Below are positions 28,236 to 38,298 of a DNA stretch of 64,000 nt, in pieces. This stretch comes from Planctomycetota bacterium (GTDB taxonomy: Bacteria > Planctomycetota > Planctomycetia > Pirellulales > Pirellulaceae). The notes beneath the pieces are model-generated. The model saw only the letters and a list, made by a program, of their open reading frames with translations. It was not told the DNA's origin and did not search any database. The stretch's first letter is position 1. Each line of letters opens with the position of its first letter. Made by a program: the position numbers and the translations under genes. Location: NCBI GenBank assembly GCA_963581185.1, contig CAUZOB010000001.1, forward strand, positions 14,826 through 78,825, in the 5' to 3' direction.

Positions 28236-29403
28236 GGTCATCCGTGAGGCTCTCTTCGATGGCGGGTAATGCCAGGCAGACGATGCTGCAGGCGACGCAG
28301 GCGGCCGCGAATACCCAGAACACCTGGTCCAGCATCTTGTTGTTTTGGTAGAGACGAATCAGGCCAGCCACCAGGATCGAGGCCACACCCCAGCTGGCTC
28401 CCATCGTCAGGGAACTGGCAATCCGAGGCCCGCGCGGTATCAGCCGCTGTGCATAGCTAATGAAGACCGGCATGGCGATGCCCAGCAGCAGGCCTGCCAA
28501 CAGGCAGAGGACGATCTTGCCGGCGTAGCTTGCGGGTCCAACCAGCACCACGAAGGGAGTGGCCAGCAGAGTCGGCAGCCAGAGCATGGTACGCTCCCAG
28601 CGCGAGCTGGCTACCAGGGCACAGATAATTGCGCCGGCACCGATCCCTGCCATGAAGGACGATTGCACCGGTCCGATTTCATCCGTCGTGAGTCCCTCGG
28701 CTTCCAGCAGGTAGGCCAGCGTGAGCGGAATTCCCAGCGCCGGGATGATACGCAGCACTCCGCCGGCGAACAGCTTCAGCATGATCATGCCGCGTCCGGC
28801 AAAAATATCACGTATGCGAGGCGGGGTCTGCGATCCAGACTGCAAGGGAAACTGTCGTCCCTGGATGCCGAGTGCCACGATCAGCATCGCCGGCAGCGCC
28901 CAGACCAGGTGCCAGGCCAGGGTGGTGATGCCATCATAGGCAACCAGCTCGCCGGCATAGGTCGGCCCGACTGCCTGGCCGAGGTATCCACAGAGCGCAA
29001 AAATGGCCATCGCCCGACTGCGATTGTGAGGCAGCAGCGATCCTGCAGTGGCCGCTGCCTCAGGGTGAAAAGCGGCGATCCCCAGGCCGGCAATGAACAG
29101 AATCAGGCACATCAACCAGGTGGAGTGGATCCAGCCCAGCAATGCCAGACAGACAATCGAGACTACCGGACCAAACCAGATCAGCCAGCGACATCGGACA
29201 CGATCACCGAGATAGCCGAAGAGGATCTGGGCGAATGAATTCGTGGTGATCCAGCAGAGGTAGCCGATCGCCAGGAAGTCGCCACGGGCCATGCCCAGCT
29301 GGTCTTCCAAATTGGGCCAGATCGGATTCACTGTGGAAGCGATCGTATCGACTACGAAATGCCCAAAGGCCAGTATGGCCAGCATCAGCGAGGCGTGTTT
29401 CAT
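28198..29403 (-). CDS. MFS transporter
   Basis: 401 aa with about 12 hydrophobic helices. The MFS loop-2/3-like motif is GYLGDRVRCRW. The opposite-strand ORF 28345..29238 is an antisense artefact. Confidence 0.85.
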   Translation of the reverse strand: MKHASLMLAILAFGHFVVDTIASTVNPIWPNLEDQLGMARGDFLAIGYLCWITTNSFAQILFGYLGDRVRCRWLIWFGPVVSIVCLALLGWIHSTWLMCLILFIAGLGIAAFHPEAAATAGSLLPHNRSRAMAIFALCGYLGQAVGPTYAGELVAYDGITTLAWHLVWALPAMLIVALGIQGRQFPLQSGSQTPPRIRDIFAGRGMIMLKLFAGGVLRIIPALGIPLTLAYLLEAEGLTTDEIGPVQSSFMAGIGAGAIICALVASSRWERTMLWLPTLLATPFVVLVGPASYAGKIVLCLLAGLLLGIAMPVFISYAQRLIPRGPRIASSLTMGASWGVASILVAGLIRLYQNNKMLDQVFWVFAAACVACSIVCLALPAIEESLTDDLSQPDDPGQDSL

Positions 29404-29523
29404 CAGTAAGCTTTAGGGCGGGCAGCTAGTCGCCAATCGTGACGGGGATCATAATCGGGAGCAGCCAAAACAGACGGCGGTGATCCACAGAGTGCACGGC
29501 ATCATAACCAAGAGTACCTGATC

Positions 29524-30492
29524 ATGCGACTGACATCCGTCCTCACTCCGATGTCCGATCAGAATCTGGCGTTAGCAGCCCAGCTGGGCGTGAGCCAGGT
29601 GACAATTCGAAACCTGGGGCTGGAACTGGAAGCCTGGCAGGCAGCCGCCGAGCGAGTGGCCAGCTTCGGACTCCAGCTTGGTGTGGTCGAGGATGCACTG
29701 GAAACCGAGGCCGTGATCATGGGCCAGCCAGGCCGTGATGACGAGATCGAGGGTATCCTCAAGCTGCTGGAAATCATGTCCGAGGTCCAGCTGCCGATCC
29801 TCTGCTACAACTTCATGGCGGGTACCGACTGGGTCCGCACCTCTGTCGATGTACCGGAACGTGGCGGTGCCCGGGTGACCGGATTTGAGCTTTCCGAAAT
29901 TGACCAGGCCGTCTCGCTGGATAATGCCTCTCGTCAGCTGGAACACAGTGAGATCTCGGCCGATCAGCTGTGGGAAAACCTGGCTTACTTTCTTGAGCGT
30001 GTCATTCCCAGGGCCGAGCAGCTGGGGATCGCCCTGGCCATGCATCCGGATGACCCGCCGCTGGATGTCTTCATGGGGCGGGCACGAATCATGAACAGCC
30101 TGGCGAACTTTCAGCGGCTGGTGGAGCTGGTTCCCAGTCCCAGTAACGGCATCTGTTTCTGCCAGGGTTCGTTTGCTGAGATCGGAGTCGATATCCCGGC
30201 TGCCATCAAGCAACTAGGGCCACACATTCGCTATGTCCACTTTCGCGATATCCGTGGAACCAGGGAGTCGTTTGTGGAGACTTTTCACGACAATGGCCCG
30301 ACCGATATGCTGGCCGCCATGCAGGCTTACAAGGAGGTTGGTTTTGAGGGGCCAATTCGGCCCGACCATGTTCCACAGCTGTGTGGAGAAGATGACGGCG
30401 AGCCAGGCTATACAATGCTCGGCCGGCTGTTCGCTTTTGGCTACATGCGCGGCTTGCTGGAAGCTGTAGGGGCATCTGACTCCAGCAGATAG
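29524..30492 (+). CDS. uxuA: Mannonate dehydratase (short form)
   Basis: 322 aa. It aligns by eye to UxuA blocks: ILCYNFMAGTDWVRT (E. coli CYNFMPVLDWTRT), LAMHPDDPP, ICFCQGSF, IRYVHFRD and IRPDHVPQL...GYTMLGRL. Confidence 0.8.
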   Translation: MRLTSVLTPMSDQNLALAAQLGVSQVTIRNLGLELEAWQAAAERVASFGLQLGVVEDALETEAVIMGQPGRDDEIEGILKLLEIMSEVQLPILCYNFMAGTDWVRTSVDVPERGGARVTGFELSEIDQAVSLDNASRQLEHSEISADQLWENLAYFLERVIPRAEQLGIALAMHPDDPPLDVFMGRARIMNSLANFQRLVELVPSPSNGICFCQGSFAEIGVDIPAAIKQLGPHIRYVHFRDIRGTRESFVETFHDNGPTDMLAAMQAYKEVGFEGPIRPDHVPQLCGEDDGEPGYTMLGRLFAFGYMRGLLEAVGASDSSR

Positions 30493-30537
30493 CTAGAGCA
30501 CGATTGCTGTTGGAACGCACGAGGTTGCAGCGCCGGG

Positions 30538-31785
30538 TTACTGCAGCGGCTCAAGTTCCGCCGGCGCTTCGGCAGGCGGCGCAACTTGTTTCTCTTCCAG
30601 CAGCTTCTTGTCACGGATCAGCGCGACCAGCTGTTCGGTCACGACCACCAGCCCGGCCGGTTCGAAATGGATACCGTCCTGCATGAACAGGGGAGTTGAT
30701 TTATCCAGCACGACCAGCGTGCTGGCCAGGTCCAGCAACTCGTGCGCACCCTCTGTGGCGACGTCCCTGGTCAACTGAGCATACTCCTGGTGACGCCTGA
30801 TGGCCGACGGTTTATCCGGTACAAAGTGCCGCTCGACCAGGTAATCCGGCACACCAGATTTCTCATGCGACGAAGGGCCGGTGATCAGCACCAGCGGTAC
30901 TCCCTGGGTCCGGCAGAGCTTGCCGATCGTGGCCATGTTCTGGCGGTAGTCACTCGGCGGCACGCGCATCTTATCGGTAGGCATGTTGCCGGTGGAGGAG
31001 AATAGCTGGCTAATCAGATACCGTGCGCCCTGCCAGAGGCGACAGTTGTTATAGGCGGATGCCAGCAGGCTGTTACTGCCACTGCTGGCTGGATCGATCT
31101 TCTTCTGGGCGTCGGTGGAGCCGTAGGCTTGCCAGTGGTCATTCCAGCCGAACCAGGCGACCACCAGGTCTGGTTCCAGTTGCTCGAGGTATTTCTCAGC
31201 CAGCACGCGGCCCTGGTGTGAAGAATAGCCAGCGGCAGCCAGCATCACGCAATCCACCTGCTCGTCGCCCTGTTGGTTGAGGCTGGCTTCGACAAACTGG
31301 TGAAATCCCTGCTCGGTGCAGGAGTCGCCGAGGAACACGATTCGACGCACCCGGGCTGGCTTGGGTGTGATCGGCTCATCGTCCTGGAACCCGTACGAGT
31401 TGATACCGGCCTGGCCTTCAGGGTAAACCCAGAAGAGGTCCTTATCGGGTGCCAGGGTGATGAATGTATCGGGCCGAGGATATCCGAACTCAATTCCCGA
31501 CTGGTAGCGAAAACCTGTTACCCGCAGCGACAGCTCGGGCACAATCACCAGCATATTGAGGATGGCAAGTAGCAGGACCCAGCGGTAGGGCATGCTCAAG
31601 CGGGCCAGCCGCGTAGTCAGCCAGCCCAGCACGGGGATAGCCAGGGCAGCTCCGCCGGCCACCAGCGCCCATCGCGATCCGCCGGTACGTTGCCAGAGGA
31701 TGACCAGCGCCAGCAGGCTGGTGGCTGCCAGCGAGATGCCCAGCAGGGCTTTTACGAACCATTCGTCTCGTCGCCGCAAGTCCAT
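30538..31785 (-). CDS. Membrane-anchored SGNH/GDSL-family hydrolase
   Basis: 415 aa with three N-terminal TM helices, then RRIVFLGDSCTEQG (GDS catalytic block) and later WFGWNDHW and FMQDGIHF (the DxxH-like block). Confidence 0.7.
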   Translation of the reverse strand: MDLRRRDEWFVKALLGISLAATSLLALVILWQRTGGSRWALVAGGAALAIPVLGWLTTRLARLSMPYRWVLLLAILNMLVIVPELSLRVTGFRYQSGIEFGYPRPDTFITLAPDKDLFWVYPEGQAGINSYGFQDDEPITPKPARVRRIVFLGDSCTEQGFHQFVEASLNQQGDEQVDCVMLAAAGYSSHQGRVLAEKYLEQLEPDLVVAWFGWNDHWQAYGSTDAQKKIDPASSGSNSLLASAYNNCRLWQGARYLISQLFSSTGNMPTDKMRVPPSDYRQNMATIGKLCRTQGVPLVLITGPSSHEKSGVPDYLVERHFVPDKPSAIRRHQEYAQLTRDVATEGAHELLDLASTLVVLDKSTPLFMQDGIHFEPAGLVVVTEQLVALIRDKKLLEEKQVAPPAEAPAELEPLQ

Positions 31786-31935
31786 GATGATCAGATCTTA
31801 CACGCTGGGCCGACAATCGTCTTTAGCGATTGGTTTGCAGCGGGCATGCATGGACAGTCCCCGATCTCTGCTTATACTCAGTTCTTTCCGGTCCGAGAGG
31901 TCAAATTTCCCTCGGGTCCCCCCTGCCGACCGATC

Positions 31936-33228
31936 ATGGGATCGGCATCTGTCCTGCCAGGTTCGCTGATTGTGATTAATAACGAGGAGCTTCCCGGGCG
32001 GCTCTACGATCGCACGTTCTTGATTGCCGTCCTCAGCCAGATGGGCTTTGTGCTGGGCAATACGCTGATGACCCATTACGGTCGATGGATCGAATACCTG
32101 GGAGGCGATGCTGCTCAGGTTGGTTGGGTGATGGGACTGGGTGCCGCCTCGGCGGTCATCTGCCGACCCTGGCTGGGTCAGCTCATTAACCGATTGGGTC
32201 CACGTACGACCTGGGCTATTGGCTATGTCCTGTTTGCCATCGGGGTCGTCCCCAACATGCTGATTTCCGATGGCTTGCTGGATCAGGGAATGGGGATTTC
32301 CCTCTACCTGTTTCGTGCCTGCATGGCACTTGGTGCTGCCTTTGTCTTCACCAGCAGCCTGACCTATGTCACTCACCTGGCGCCGCGCCACCGACGCACC
32401 GAGGTGATCGGCATTCTCGGAATTGCCGGCTTCGTCGGCATGATGATCGGCCCCTTTGTTGGCGACATGTTGCTGGACAGGCCGGATCGGGACCGTGGCG
32501 ACTTTGCGATCCTGTTCCTGGCTGCTGGCAGTGCGGTTGTGATTCCGCTGCTGTTGCTTCTGTTTCTACCAAGGCCGGAAAAGACCCGCGTCGAACAGAG
32601 CGGTGGGTTGGTCCAGTTCGTTCGCTTGTGCCGACGCTACTGGCCCGGCCCGGTCGTACTGGTCTGCCTGGCTTTCGGTTTCTGCATGACCGTACCCTTT
32701 GTCTTCCTGCCAACGTTTGTTGACCAGCGCGGGATCACATTGGGGAGCTGGTCGACGATCGGTGTCTTCTTCTGGGTCTACTCGTGCTGGGGAATTTTTC
32801 TGCGAGTCGTCTTTCGACGCTTGCCTGAGCGAATCGGTCGCCACAATGTGCTTTACGCCGGCCTGACAGCGATGGTGCTGGCAATGCTGATGTACTACCG
32901 GATTGATCCGGAACGACCCTGGACATTTCTGCTGGCTGCCTGGATGGGCGGTACCGGACACGGGCTGCTCTTTCACACAGCGGTCTCTTTGACCATTGAC
33001 GCCTTTCCCTCCGAAGTCCGCGGTACGGGAACGGCCCTGGCAACCATGTTCATCGACCTCGGTATGGTGGGCGGACCACCGGTGCTGGGCATCATTGCCA
33101 AGCGAACGGGTTACCAGGAGATGTTCCTCGTGATCGGAGCTGTGGTGGCCGTGATTGGCATCTTCTACGCCTGCTGGCGGAGATTCGGTCGCCATCACGA
33201 TCGTTCGGTGTCCCCGTCCAATGGGTAA
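31936..33228 (+). CDS. MFS transporter
   Basis: The track ORF starts at 31690, inside the divergent SGNH gene. I prefer ATG 31936 (MGSASVLPGS...); ATG 31846 is also possible. About 12 TM helices are present (FLIAVLSQMGFVLGNTLM..., GPRTTWAIGYVLFAIG...). Confidence 0.8.
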   Translation: MGSASVLPGSLIVINNEELPGRLYDRTFLIAVLSQMGFVLGNTLMTHYGRWIEYLGGDAAQVGWVMGLGAASAVICRPWLGQLINRLGPRTTWAIGYVLFAIGVVPNMLISDGLLDQGMGISLYLFRACMALGAAFVFTSSLTYVTHLAPRHRRTEVIGILGIAGFVGMMIGPFVGDMLLDRPDRDRGDFAILFLAAGSAVVIPLLLLLFLPRPEKTRVEQSGGLVQFVRLCRRYWPGPVVLVCLAFGFCMTVPFVFLPTFVDQRGITLGSWSTIGVFFWVYSCWGIFLRVVFRRLPERIGRHNVLYAGLTAMVLAMLMYYRIDPERPWTFLLAAWMGGTGHGLLFHTAVSLTIDAFPSEVRGTGTALATMFIDLGMVGGPPVLGIIAKRTGYQEMFLVIGAVVAVIGIFYACWRRFGRHHDRSVSPSNG

Positions 33229-34685
33229 ACCGGTCGCCGCAGCTTGTGGTACTCAAAGCAGCTGAAGTCGGGTCGGTGAATACCTGGCGTGTCGCCATCG
33301 ACGATCAGGCTGGCCAGTGGTCCAATGTCGGCACGAAAATGTACCGCACTCTTGAGTACCAACAGTTGCAGCGCTGTCGGATCGATGTCGACCGTTTCCA
33401 GCATGGCGCGGTCGATCAACTGGCGCCGCAGGCTGGTGGTCAGAACCTCCACTCCACCGATCCTCAGTAGCGCGGTGTTTCCAAGCGTGTCGGCAAGTCC
33501 CTGGGCCATCGCTCCATGGAAGCGGAAATCACCGTCGCTTAAACGCAGCACCTCGGCCCTCAGCTGTAATGGCTGACCGTGCCGGTCGTCGGTCTTGCCA
33601 CCAAGCGTCACGTCGATCGTTGCTCCCTCGCCTGCCTCGACCGCTTGCTGGACCGTTTCCGGATCGAACAGGCACCCCACCACGGCCGATGGACAATCGG
33701 CTTTGATGAGAGCTGCCAGGGCCACGGTGCCGTCGCAGGGAGCACCGCCGCCGGGGTTATCTGAACCGTCGGCAAAGATCACCAGCCCCTCCTGCTGCTG
33801 GCTCAGTTGAATTGCTCGCTCAATCGTAGTCAGCTGTGGTTGCAGGTTATCTCGCGCCTGCCAGAGTATCGTTGCCAGCCGCTCGACAGCCTCCTCGGCC
33901 TGCTGAAGATCGCCATCCGCAGTTGCCAGCACGGTTACTCCCATGTCGCGAATGTCGGCAAAGGGAAAGCCCATCGCGATCGTGGCGGTCAGTATTCCCG
34001 CTTCCGCTTCGAGTGCATGCAATTGAGCGACGATGTCCTGCATCGGCTGGCGCAGCGTGCACTGCATGGGGGGCATTGTCAGCAGTGGCAACTGGCGATA
34101 GGCCTGCTGAGGTTGCACCTCGCCTCGCACGATCCGGCTGATCAGCTCGGCAGCTTCCTCCCCTCGCTCCCGCATGTCGACGTGGGGGTAAGTGTCATAG
34201 CCAATAATAACGGTCGCCCGTTCGGCCAGCGCAGGGGAGATATTGGCGTGCAGGTCGAGTGTCACCACGATGGGAATATCGTCGGGCACCAGTTCACGCA
34301 CACGCCGTACAATCTCAGCTTCGGCGTCCTCGTATTCTTCTGTCACCATGGCACCATGCAGGTCCAGCAGGATTCCATCGGCTGGCAGCTCGGCAGCGAT
34401 CCGCGATGTCAACAGCTCACAGAGCTGGTCAAAAGTCTGCCTGGCAACCATGCCGGACGGATAGGCACGGGTATTGAGCACCGGGACGAGTTCAAAGCCC
34501 ACTCGCTCGGCGGCTGCAAGATAACCGCCGTGGATCGTGCCGGTATCGCTGTATCGCTCGATCACCGTGTCGTGACCAGCGAGTTGATCGCCAGCGTGAC
34601 TGTCGCGGATGAAGTCGGCGAGCGTCGTCATGCCCTCGGCAAAAGTGTTGGTCTCGTGTTGAATGCCGCCACTGATTATTCGCAT
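33195..34685 (-). CDS. M81-family metallopeptidase (microcystinase MlrC-like)
   Basis: 496 aa. The N-terminus MRIISGGIQHETNTFAEGMTTLADF is the hallmark start of MlrC-family proteins. Further blocks are GILLDLHGAMV and TLDLHANIS. Confidence 0.85.
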   Translation of the reverse strand: MRIISGGIQHETNTFAEGMTTLADFIRDSHAGDQLAGHDTVIERYSDTGTIHGGYLAAAERVGFELVPVLNTRAYPSGMVARQTFDQLCELLTSRIAAELPADGILLDLHGAMVTEEYEDAEAEIVRRVRELVPDDIPIVVTLDLHANISPALAERATVIIGYDTYPHVDMRERGEEAAELISRIVRGEVQPQQAYRQLPLLTMPPMQCTLRQPMQDIVAQLHALEAEAGILTATIAMGFPFADIRDMGVTVLATADGDLQQAEEAVERLATILWQARDNLQPQLTTIERAIQLSQQQEGLVIFADGSDNPGGGAPCDGTVALAALIKADCPSAVVGCLFDPETVQQAVEAGEGATIDVTLGGKTDDRHGQPLQLRAEVLRLSDGDFRFHGAMAQGLADTLGNTALLRIGGVEVLTTSLRRQLIDRAMLETVDIDPTALQLLVLKSAVHFRADIGPLASLIVDGDTPGIHRPDFSCFEYHKLRRPVYPLDGDTERS

Positions 34686-34869
34686 CGATTCACCTGCTCC
34701 TGATTCTAGTCCGGCCTGCCGGGAGTTTGTGTCAGAGGGAAGTGCTACAGTACAATGTCGCCCGCCGATCGTCAGGTCCTGAGAATTGTGACCGATCAGG
34801 ATTCAATCTTCCAGTTGTGGCTGGACCTGGTACCGGTCGGAAGCCCCAAGCCTGGATCACGTGGTCGCG

Positions 34870-35502
34870 ATGGCCAAGCTGTACTTTTATTACTCCGCGA
34901 TGAATGCCGGCAAGTCAACGACCTTGCTGCAGTCTAGCTATAACTATCGCGAACGCGGTATGCGCACAATCGTGCTGGTTCCGGACCTGGACACGCGAGA
35001 AGATTCGACCAGGGTGACATCCCGGATCGGCCTCTCGACTCCCGCTACCACATTCCACCTTGCCGATGACCTGTTCCAGATTGTCGAGCAGCAGCACAAT
35101 GACCAGCCACTCGATTGCGTACTGGTTGATGAAGCACAGTTTCTGACCCGCCCGCAAGTACTCCAGCTCTCCGACCTGGTGGATCGACTGGATATACCGG
35201 TGCTGGCTTACGGCCTGCGAACAGATTTCCAAGGAAAGCTTTTTGAGGGAAGTGAACAATTGCTGGCTTGGGCCGATAACCTGGTGGAAATCAAGACGAT
35301 CTGTCACTGCGGCCGCAAGGCGACGATGGTCCTGCGCACCGACAGTGAAGGCCAGGTGATCAAGGAAGGTGCCCAGATCCGGATCGGGGGCAATGAACTT
35401 TATGTCTCGGTCTGCCGCCGGCACTTCAAGGAAGGCATGGCCCAGCGAAGAACTGATGAACTGCAATTCGAGGATTTTGAGAGCGTGGAGGAACCAACAT
35501 GA
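34870..35502 (+). CDS. tdk: Thymidine kinase
   Basis: ATG 34870 gives [31 protein letters not shown] (P-loop). VDEAQFL and the C-terminal zinc ribbon CHCGRKAT...SVCRRH are present. Confidence 0.93.
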   Translation: MAKLYFYYSAMNAGKSTTLLQSSYNYRERGMRTIVLVPDLDTREDSTRVTSRIGLSTPATTFHLADDLFQIVEQQHNDQPLDCVLVDEAQFLTRPQVLQLSDLVDRLDIPVLAYGLRTDFQGKLFEGSEQLLAWADNLVEIKTICHCGRKATMVLRTDSEGQVIKEGAQIRIGGNELYVSVCRRHFKEGMAQRRTDELQFEDFESVEEPT

Positions 35503-36776
35503 CGAACGCAGGACTTTGGCGAGGGATCCCTGGATTGTGCCTGGCATTACTGCTCTGTAGCTCTGCTGACGCTCTGCTGGCGGCAGAACCGGCCGGCAGC
35601 TGGCCCCAGTTCCTGGGACCGACACGGAATGGCATCTCCAGCGAGACTGGCTTGATCGATAGCTGGCCGGCGGGTGGACTCAAACAGGCCTGGCGGGTCA
35701 AGGGAGGCGTGGGGATGTCCGGCATCGCCGTGGCCGATGGAAAAGCGATCACGATGGTCCAGCGTGATGGCCGCCAACTGGTCATTGCGCTCGACGCTGG
35801 AAACGGAAAGTTGCTCTGGCAGACTGCTGTGGGGGCCGCTTTTCAGAATCCCATGGGACATGGCCCGCGGGCGACACCAACGATCGCCGCCGGACTGGTC
35901 CATGTTTTCACCGGGGATGGGCATACCGCCACGCTGGCATTGGCCGATGGCACGCTCCAGTGGCAGCATGACAGTCTCAAGGGACTCGGCGGACGTGTGG
36001 CCGATTACGGTATGGTCTGCTCGCCGCTGGTGGATGGCAACAACGTGATTGTGACCGTTGGAGCCCAGGCCGGTACGGTGGTCGCCTACGATACGAAAAC
36101 CGGTAAGCCTCAATGGTCCTCGGGCCAGGGGGATTCGGCAGGCTACTCGTCGCCGGTTGTTATCAAGCTGGCTGGCAAGCGGCAACTGGTGACGTTCAAT
36201 GGCCAGGCCCTGATCGGTACCGATCCGGCCAATGGGAACCTGCTCTGGCGATACGAGTACAAGACCGACTACGACTGCAATATCATGACCCCACTGTCGG
36301 TCAAAGGGCAGGTCTTTATCTCCGCGGGTGAAAACCATGGCAGCACTTTGCTGTCGGTGGTAGAGGAGAATGGCAAGTACCAGCTGAAGGAGACCTGGGA
36401 ATCGCTCGGCGTCCAGAGCGTGTTGCGCTGCGAATGGCAGACGCCAATCCAGCTGGGCGGCTATCTTTACGGCTTTGATAACGTCGGCGGAGCTGGTCCG
36501 ATATCCCACCTCACTTGTATTGAAGCTGCCACCGGCCGTCGCGTCTGGCAGCAGACGCGGTTCGGGAAAGGCAACATGATCGCTGCCGATGGCAAGCTGA
36601 TCATGACAACGCTTAAAGGGGAACTGGTAATCGTCAAGGCGAGCCACCAGGGGTTTGAAGAGCTGGGTCGCCAGCAGGCACTGGATCGAACCCGTCAGGC
36701 TCCCAGCCTGGCCGGCGGACTGCTGTATGTCCGTGATGACCAGGAGATCGCCTGCTTCGATCTCCGCAAACAGTAA
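35499..36776 (+). CDS. Secreted PQQ-like (BamB-type) beta-propeller repeat protein
   Basis: 425 aa with a signal peptide, then [18 protein letters not shown]... and repeated propeller blades ([47 protein letters not shown]). Its ATG overlaps the tdk stop (ATGA). Confidence 0.8.
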   Translation: MTNAGLWRGIPGLCLALLLCSSADALLAAEPAGSWPQFLGPTRNGISSETGLIDSWPAGGLKQAWRVKGGVGMSGIAVADGKAITMVQRDGRQLVIALDAGNGKLLWQTAVGAAFQNPMGHGPRATPTIAAGLVHVFTGDGHTATLALADGTLQWQHDSLKGLGGRVADYGMVCSPLVDGNNVIVTVGAQAGTVVAYDTKTGKPQWSSGQGDSAGYSSPVVIKLAGKRQLVTFNGQALIGTDPANGNLLWRYEYKTDYDCNIMTPLSVKGQVFISAGENHGSTLLSVVEENGKYQLKETWESLGVQSVLRCEWQTPIQLGGYLYGFDNVGGAGPISHLTCIEAATGRRVWQQTRFGKGNMIAADGKLIMTTLKGELVIVKASHQGFEELGRQQALDRTRQAPSLAGGLLYVRDDQEIACFDLRKQ

Positions 36777-36816
36777 GCTGTCGAACGATAGACAATCTTG
36801 AGCCGCGAGCTACCTG

Positions 36817-37602
36817 ATGTTTTCACTGGCTGGACATAGCGCCCTGATCACAGGATCGACCAAGGGAGTTGGCTTGGCGATTGCCCGCTCGCTGGCTCAA
36901 GCGGGCGCCGATATCGTGCTGAATTGTCGCCAGGATGGCGAGCAGGCTCAGCAGGCACTGGAACTCTGCCGGGCCGAAGGAGTAAAAGCTGAACTGGTGA
37001 CGGCTGACCTGTCTGGTGACACGTCGGTCTGCGTGCAGCAGTTGTATAGCGCAGCACTCGAGGCCAACCCGGGAATTGACCTGCTGGTCAACAACGCCGG
37101 GACCTATATCGATAAACCATTCCTCGATATGGACCTCGAAACGTTCGATTACACGATGCGACTGAATGTCTACGCCAGTTACTTTCTCACCCAGGCTTTC
37201 GCGCGGCACTGGGTTGAAAATAAAGTGGCCGGTCGAGTGTTACTGATCGGCTCGATCAATGGCCAATTGGCAGAACAGGTTCATACCGCCTACGACACCT
37301 CCAAGGGGGCAGTCGCGATGATGGTCAAATCGCTCTGCGTGTCGCTGGCTCCACTCAATATCCGGGTCAACGGCCTGGCACCCGGACTTGTCTACACGCC
37401 ACTCACAGCCCCGGCACTGGATGATCCGGAATTCATGAAGTGGATGCAGTTGCACACGCCCAGCCAGCAGGTGCCAGGTCCCGAAGTCTGCGGCGAGGGA
37501 GCGGTTTATTTGCTGAGTGATGAGGCCCTGCACGTGCATGGGCAGATGCTGATGGTGGATGGTGGCATGAGCTCCTGGCAGCAGCCGGATCCTCCAGGTT
37601 AG
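36817..37602 (+). CDS. SDR-family oxidoreductase
   Basis: 261 aa. It has the cofactor motif ALITGSTKGVGLAIARSL, NNAG, and catalytic Y..K (YDTSKGAV). Confidence 0.9.
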   Translation: MFSLAGHSALITGSTKGVGLAIARSLAQAGADIVLNCRQDGEQAQQALELCRAEGVKAELVTADLSGDTSVCVQQLYSAALEANPGIDLLVNNAGTYIDKPFLDMDLETFDYTMRLNVYASYFLTQAFARHWVENKVAGRVLLIGSINGQLAEQVHTAYDTSKGAVAMMVKSLCVSLAPLNIRVNGLAPGLVYTPLTAPALDDPEFMKWMQLHTPSQQVPGPEVCGEGAVYLLSDEALHVHGQMLMVDGGMSSWQQPDPPG

Positions 37603-37713
37603 AAGGTCGTGGTTAAGTACAACCGGGCTCAATCCCTGGGCAGTTCGACGGAGGAGAGCGTAACAGGGTTGAGCGGCGGATCGTAATGGGTTTTTGATGC
37701 AAAGGGAGCAATC

Positions 37714-38238
37714 ATGAAATCGGGCGATAAGGCACCGCAGCTGACGCTGCTGGATTCAGAGAATCAGCCGGTTGAGTTGGCTTCATTGTGGCAGCAACAG
37801 TCGCTGGCGCTGTACTTCACACGCCACCTTGGCTGAGTTTTCTGTCGTGAGCAGATCGTGGATCTGCGACGTGCCGCCGACGACTACGCGCGAGCAAATA
37901 TTGCCATGGCCATCGTGATGATGGGTGCTGTCGAGAAAGTTGCTGCAATCAAGGAAAAATTCAAGGTGCCTTTCATCTGCCTGGCGGATCCGGAACAGGA
38001 AACCTACAGGGCATTTGAGATTCCTCGAGGTGGGCTCCTGTCGATTGCTGGTCCACGAATCTGGCTGGCCGGACTGAGGGCCTTGTTTCGTGGCGGTATG
38101 GGCCGGCCCGGTCCCGACGTCCACCAGATGCACGCTGCGGTGGTGATTGACACGGGTGGCATCGTGCAGCTGGTGCACTACCCGCGCAATTCGGCCGACC
38201 ATGTGAGTTTCCAACAAGTAGTGGCAACGCTCGGTTAA
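37714..38238 (+). CDS. Peroxiredoxin-like (AhpC/TSA, thioredoxin-fold) protein with in-frame TGA at the first redox Cys: candidate selenoprotein (UxxC); alternatively a nonsense pseudogene
   Basis: ATG 37714 has GGGAG 6 nt upstream. The reading is MKSGDKAPQLTLLDSENQPVELASLWQQQSLALYFTRHLG-TGA(37834..37836)-VFCREQIVDLRRAADDY...VATLG, all in one frame to TAA 38238. The TGA replaces the first Cys of the family's G-C-x-x-C-R motif. A SECIS-like hairpin follows. Confidence 0.6.
37846..37871 (+). promoter_or_regulatory. Candidate bacterial SECIS hairpin
   Basis: CGT-GA-GCAGATC-GTG-GATCTGC-G-ACG has a perfect 7-bp upper stem, a 3-bp lower stem and an internal loop. The apical loop contains G and U. 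The hairpin starts 9 nt after the in-frame TGA. Confidence 0.5.
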
Positions 38239-38298
38239 CTCCATCACAATGTGGAGGCTCACTGGCGTTTCCAGAAGATCCCCGATTCCCGCCCTGGC

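Noticed and set aside
37620-37680. Imperfect inverted repeat GCTCAATCCCTG...CAGGGTTGAGC downstream of the SDR gene
   Set aside because: It has a long 25-nt loop, a bulge and no U-tract. It could be a weak terminator or nothing, so the support is not enough to call it.
37714-38238. Plain nonsense-pseudogene interpretation of the interrupted Prx-like gene
   Set aside because: This is not fully excluded and is kept as the alternative. It is judged less likely because the single stop falls exactly on the redox Cys codon, it is TGA, both halves stay in frame with intact motifs, and a stable hairpin sits at SECIS distance.
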